From Dechloromonas sp. ZS-1 (GTDB taxonomy: Bacteria; Pseudomonadota; Gammaproteobacteria; Burkholderiales; Rhodocyclaceae): DNA of 32,000 nucleotides. This document shows positions 29,100-32,000 of this stretch, piece by piece (position 1 is the stretch's first letter; the number at the start of each line of letters is the position of its first letter). The stretch lies in NCBI RefSeq assembly GCF_039649255.1, contig NZ_JBDIYD010000003.1:203900-235899 (forward strand). Reading direction: 5' to 3'. The notes beneath the pieces are model-generated. The model was not told the origin of the DNA. It searched no databases and worked only from the letters and a program-made list of their open reading frames with translations. Made by a program: the position numbers and the translations under genes.

Positions 29100-29879
29100 T
29101 TAAGCTGCAGCCTTCATTGCACCGTCAGCTTCGTTTGCTGCCGTCAGTTCCTTTAGCGCCGCTTTGTGCTTTTCTTGTTCGCAGCCATACAACGACACAA
29201 ACGCTGCATTGACTGCTGTATTGCTGCGCAGCACAGCACGAACGGCATAGGTGCTATCGGCTTGTTGCGTTGCCAGCAGCACACAATCGCAGCCGACAAA
29301 ATCGCTGTCGCTGAGGCCAGACAATGCTTCCGAATGGACATTGGCCAGCACAGGCAAACTGTCAAAGTTTTGCTGTGCAATTTCTACTTTTTGCTTCGGA
29401 CTGACAAACGTGGCACTACGCGACATACGAATTTCTTGCACCCCTCCTTCCTGCTCAATCCAGTCAGCCAGGTTAGTTGCCAGAACTTGTTCGGCTTTGG
29501 CTGCACGCAGCACGAGTGAGTAGGTGCTGAGACGACGACGATCTATGTCGCCGAAAACGGCACGCACAATGCGGGTCATTAACGGCGTATCTTTTTTAAT
29601 GCGATAGCCGCGCTCTTTGTAGAATGCTTCGAGTGCAGCGCTGCGCTGTTTCGACTCAGTCACGCCCAGCTCGCCAGCGAAGGCGTAGCACTCGGCAAGA
29701 ATGGCGTAGAGCTGTTGATTGCTCGTGCGATAAGCCCCCTCTTCCCATTCCTTGCGGCTGCATTCCAAGCGGCTAAGCGTGTCGATTGGCGAATAGGTTT
29801 TTGAGGGAGCCACACGGGTGTCGTTTTGAACGACATTGGCGGTTTCGTTGGCTACGGACTTGATAACGATTGCTTCCAT
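29100..29879 (-). CDS. hypothetical protein, distant paralog of 22214..23488
   Basis: 259-aa ORF immediately upstream of the AAA+ gene and on the same strand. The by-eye alignment blocks are listed under the 424-aa ORF. Confidence 0.7.
   Translation of the reverse strand: MEAIVIKSVANETANVVQNDTRVAPSKTYSPIDTLSRLECSRKEWEEGAYRTSNQQLYAILAECYAFAGELGVTESKQRSAALEAFYKERGYRIKKDTPLMTRIVRAVFGDIDRRRLSTYSLVLRAAKAEQVLATNLADWIEQEGGVQEIRMSRSATFVSPKQKVEIAQQNFDSLPVLANVHSEALSGLSDSDFVGCDCVLLATQQADSTYAVRAVLRSNTAVNAAFVSLYGCEQEKHKAALKELTAANEADGAMKAAA
29817..29837 (+). repeat. 21-bp site GGTGTCG-TTTTGAA-CGACATT
   Basis: Lies inside the 5' end of the 259-aa ORF (codons NVVQNDT). Confidence 0.7.
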
Positions 29880-29915
29880 TTTTAACTCCTTTGTTAGTGA
29901 TTAAGTTGTTGTCTG

Positions 29916-29936
29916 AATGTCGTTTTGAACGTCGTT
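29916..29936 (+). repeat. 21-bp site AATGTCG-TTTTGAA-CGTCGTT
   Basis: Lies in the divergent intergenic region between 29879 and 30015. Confidence 0.75.
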
Positions 29937-30014
29937 CAGCACAGGAGTTATTGTCTTACTTTAGGGTAAAATGCGAGACTGACTACATATTCGACGCAAT
30001 TTACTTGATAAGAA

Positions 30015-30764
30015 ATGAAAAGCCGATTTCTTGCACTACACCCCTTGCTCGGGACTAAGAACAAGCCAGCAGCCCTACATTTACAAGAACGCAGTCCCTA
30101 TTACTGGTGGTGGGCGTATTTACGAAGGAATGCAGACTACTTGGCTTGCTGCGAAGCTGGTGGTGTCGGCGAACTGGGCTGGCTATATGCCGATTTCGGT
30201 GATGTGCGCACCGATGATTTCAGAAGCTGGTGGGGAGGCAGCGAGCAGCGCGGGGCCAAGCTTTTTGGGGAACAAGCCATTGAACATCGTCTGACTGAAA
30301 TCACCGAAGTCGACGTGTTTCAAAATCATAAGGACATCGGACTTGCCGTTATTTCAGTCAATCTGAATATCAACAAGCGGAAGTTGCAGCAGTATTTTGC
30401 TAATTGGCTGACAACAGTCCATAAAGGTAAGCCCGGGCGGCGCTCACTGGGCAAGGAAGGCGTTAGTAGCGCCAAGTATCCATTACATCGAAATTTCAGC
30501 CAGCATAATCTGCGGCTGATGCTGGCCGTCTATGATGCGTGGACAGCCAATCAGGCCTTACCGAAGCCCGAGCGGAAAACAATGTGGCAAGTGGGCGAGG
30601 CATTGAAGCTGGTGCCTACTGCGATTACCAAAGCCAGAGATACGCAAGCCGAACGCACCAACAAGCTCAACGTAATGACCGTCGCCGTCAGTCGGTATGT
30701 CAAACAGGCGAAGGCCATCATTGCCAATACGGCGAAAGGCCAGTTTCCCAACAGCAAGCTATGA
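30015..30764 (+). CDS. hypothetical protein with YYWWWAYLRRN motif (possible ICE-type transcriptional-regulator-like domain)
   Basis: 249-aa ORF. The N-terminal W-x-YLRRN-x-x-Y motif resembles the WEFLRRNPAY signature of proteobacterial DUF6499/DUF2285-type regulator-like proteins. This is from memory and unverified. The RBS is weak. Confidence 0.6.
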   Translation: MKSRFLALHPLLGTKNKPAALHLQERSPYYWWWAYLRRNADYLACCEAGGVGELGWLYADFGDVRTDDFRSWWGGSEQRGAKLFGEQAIEHRLTEITEVDVFQNHKDIGLAVISVNLNINKRKLQQYFANWLTTVHKGKPGRRSLGKEGVSSAKYPLHRNFSQHNLRLMLAVYDAWTANQALPKPERKTMWQVGEALKLVPTAITKARDTQAERTNKLNVMTVAVSRYVKQAKAIIANTAKGQFPNSKL

Positions 30765-30784
30765 ATGTCGTTTTGAACGACGTT
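30764..30784 (+). repeat. 21-bp site AATGTCG-TTTTGAA-CGACGTT
   Basis: Fills the gap between convergent stops. It overlaps the last base of the 249-aa ORF stop and ends 1 nt before the stop codon of small recombinase 2. Confidence 0.8.
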
Positions 30785-31357
30785 TTAAATCAAGTTGGCC
30801 GCTGCTTTGAGTTGCGACGGACTGCTGTAAAGATAGACTGCCGTTGTTGAAATACTGCGGTGCCCAGCCAGCGTCTTCAATATGTGGATCGAAGTGCCTT
30901 TGTTAGCCAAATTTGTGAGGTAACTGCGCCGCCCACTGTGACTGCTTGCGCCTTCAATGCCCACTTTGCGATAAAGGGAGTGGAAGAACTGAGCGAGAGT
31001 GTTGGCAGTAAAACCGCGCGTTGCTTCTTTCTGTGTGGCAAAAAGCACAGCTTCGATTGAAGTAGGTGGAACTGCTTTTACATAAGCAGCCAATTCCTTT
31101 TGTAGTTTGCTGCCCAAATACACCGTTCTGCTGTGCCGTCCTTTCGTCTGCTCTGCTGCCAAGTAAATTTCCTCTTTCACAGCACCGCTACTGTGCAGCA
31201 CGTCGCAGTAGCGTAGCCCCGCAATTTCCTTACAGCGCATTCCAGCCAAGTGCGACAACAACACAATGGCACGATTGCGTTCGGCGTGTTGTCGCGTCGA
31301 CACATAGTCTAATACGCGTCGCAGTTCGGTGTTGTCAAAAACTTTCGCTTGCGCCAT
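30785..31357 (-). CDS. small tyrosine recombinase, catalytic domain only (190 aa), paralog of 21281..21850
   Basis: AGMRCKE (R), TKGRHSRTV (K), HSGRRSY (H-x-x-R), LAGH and AVYL (Y). GGGAGGAAG RBS. Confidence 0.85.
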   Translation of the reverse strand: MAQAKVFDNTELRRVLDYVSTRQHAERNRAIVLLSHLAGMRCKEIAGLRYCDVLHSSGAVKEEIYLAAEQTKGRHSRTVYLGSKLQKELAAYVKAVPPTSIEAVLFATQKEATRGFTANTLAQFFHSLYRKVGIEGASSHSGRRSYLTNLANKGTSIHILKTLAGHRSISTTAVYLYSSPSQLKAAANLI

Positions 31358-31393
31358 TGCTTCCTCCCAAAATCAAATAATTCGCGTGCAGTT

Positions 31394-31404
31394 ATTATGT
31401 TTTC
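31394..31404 (-). promoter_or_regulatory. conserved GAAAACATAAT element upstream of small recombinase 2
   Basis: Same 11-mer and the same 39-nt distance to the ATG as at 21887..21897. TTGCGA lies 18 nt upstream. Confidence 0.4.
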
Positions 31405-31497
31405 TTTGTTTTATGATTCGCAACCAAAATTGCAATCCGTTAAGTCGTTGAATTACAAATGAACCAAATACAATAGTAATTTTATTTATTTTTATGA

Positions 31498-31857
31498 CTA
31501 CAAAAAGCCTCGATTCGATCTGACATTAAACCAATTGCGCACTTCTTGATAATAATCCTTTGGCTCATCGGCTACATCTTGATCCAAAGTCATCTCATCG
31601 GTCTCCTCACTCCTAAAGTCAAAGCGCTCAATCGCATAGTGCACAGACTTGAAAGCCAAAGTATCCAAATTTTCTTCGATGTAATCAGCCCCTTCACCAT
31701 TGAAGAGCCAGTCAACTGCATACTCAAACTCTCCATTTCGATCGGCTTTCTCAAGCCATTCAGAAATGATGTAATTTCCTTGTTCAATCATTTCCTCTTG
31801 AGCATTCCAGATCATCTTGTGCAGGGCGCTGTGGAGGTCATTCATTTCTTCACTCAT
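31498..31857 (-). CDS. small, highly acidic hypothetical protein
   Basis: Start at MSEEMNDL (ATG 31857, GGAG RBS). My count over 119 aa gives 29 Asp+Glu against 10 Lys+Arg. Confidence 0.6.
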   Translation of the reverse strand: MSEEMNDLHSALHKMIWNAQEEMIEQGNYIISEWLEKADRNGEFEYAVDWLFNGEGADYIEENLDTLAFKSVHYAIERFDFRSEETDEMTLDQDVADEPKDYYQEVRNWFNVRSNRGFL

Positions 31858-31949
31858 CAAAAATCTCCAAATCAAATTAGACAGAGGGCCAAAGACCAAA
31901 ACCGTAAATTATGCCAAATTTTACAGTAGCGCGAAAATTTTTAGGGAAG

Positions 31950-31976
31950 TACTTACGCTTTCTGCCTGGTGATTTT
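31950..31976 (+). repeat. second copy of the integrase-upstream box
   Basis: 25/27 identical to 25211..25237, at the right edge of the window. Confidence 0.85.
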
Positions 31977-32000
31977 GCACCACTACACTACGTATAACTG

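Larger units (their letters stand above)
27995..32000. mobile_element. accessory module B (continues beyond the window)
   Basis: Low G+C. It holds paralogs of module A genes and a small recombinase. The conserved integrase-upstream box sits at the window edge. Boundaries are unknown. Confidence 0.5.

Overview
This 32-kb window comes from a high-G+C chromosome (about 62-65% by eye) that looks betaproteobacterial.

Core region (1-19.8 kb): ordinary chromosomal genes.
- A beta-hydroxyacid dehydrogenase, a PAS-GGDEF-EAL protein, an MFS transporter, cytochrome c551 and an NhaD-type antiporter.
- One long minus-strand array: Hpt, hybrid histidine kinase, receiver, DUF3124 protein, RCK K+ channel. 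An OmpR-type regulator lies divergent to it.
- Small genes (YkgJ-like, RidA, MaoC/PhaJ) and a sigma factor / pseudouridine synthase / FKBP array.
- The conserved rplU-rpmA-obgE-proB block.

Accessory region (19.8 kb to the window end): composition drops to about 50% G+C with AT-rich spacers. The layout becomes two tandem, related modules. Each module has three parts:
- A Gram-negative porin gene. The two are diverged paralogs, and the first is interrupted by TAA at codon 3.
- Cargo holding a catalytic-domain-only tyrosine recombinase (about 190 aa, FimB/FimE-sized) and one member of an uncharacterised protein family (424-aa and 259-aa paralogs).
- A full-length integrase at the far end. In module A it is 25301-26587, fused to a degenerate DUF4160-like tail. 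In module B it is only predicted, just past the window, from a conserved upstream box.

The cargo carries three families of 21-bp sites with 7-7-7 palindromic geometry. One family (AATGTCG-TTTTGAA-CGACATT) occurs 5-6 times. Four copies share the same asymmetric spacer, two copies bracket a gene, and one abuts the stop codon of a small recombinase.

I regard this recombinase / site / porin arrangement as the most likely home of an undescribed system, such as site-specific rearrangement or cassette accretion around porin genes. Most cargo functions cannot be assigned from sequence alone. No rRNA, tRNA or CRISPR array was seen.
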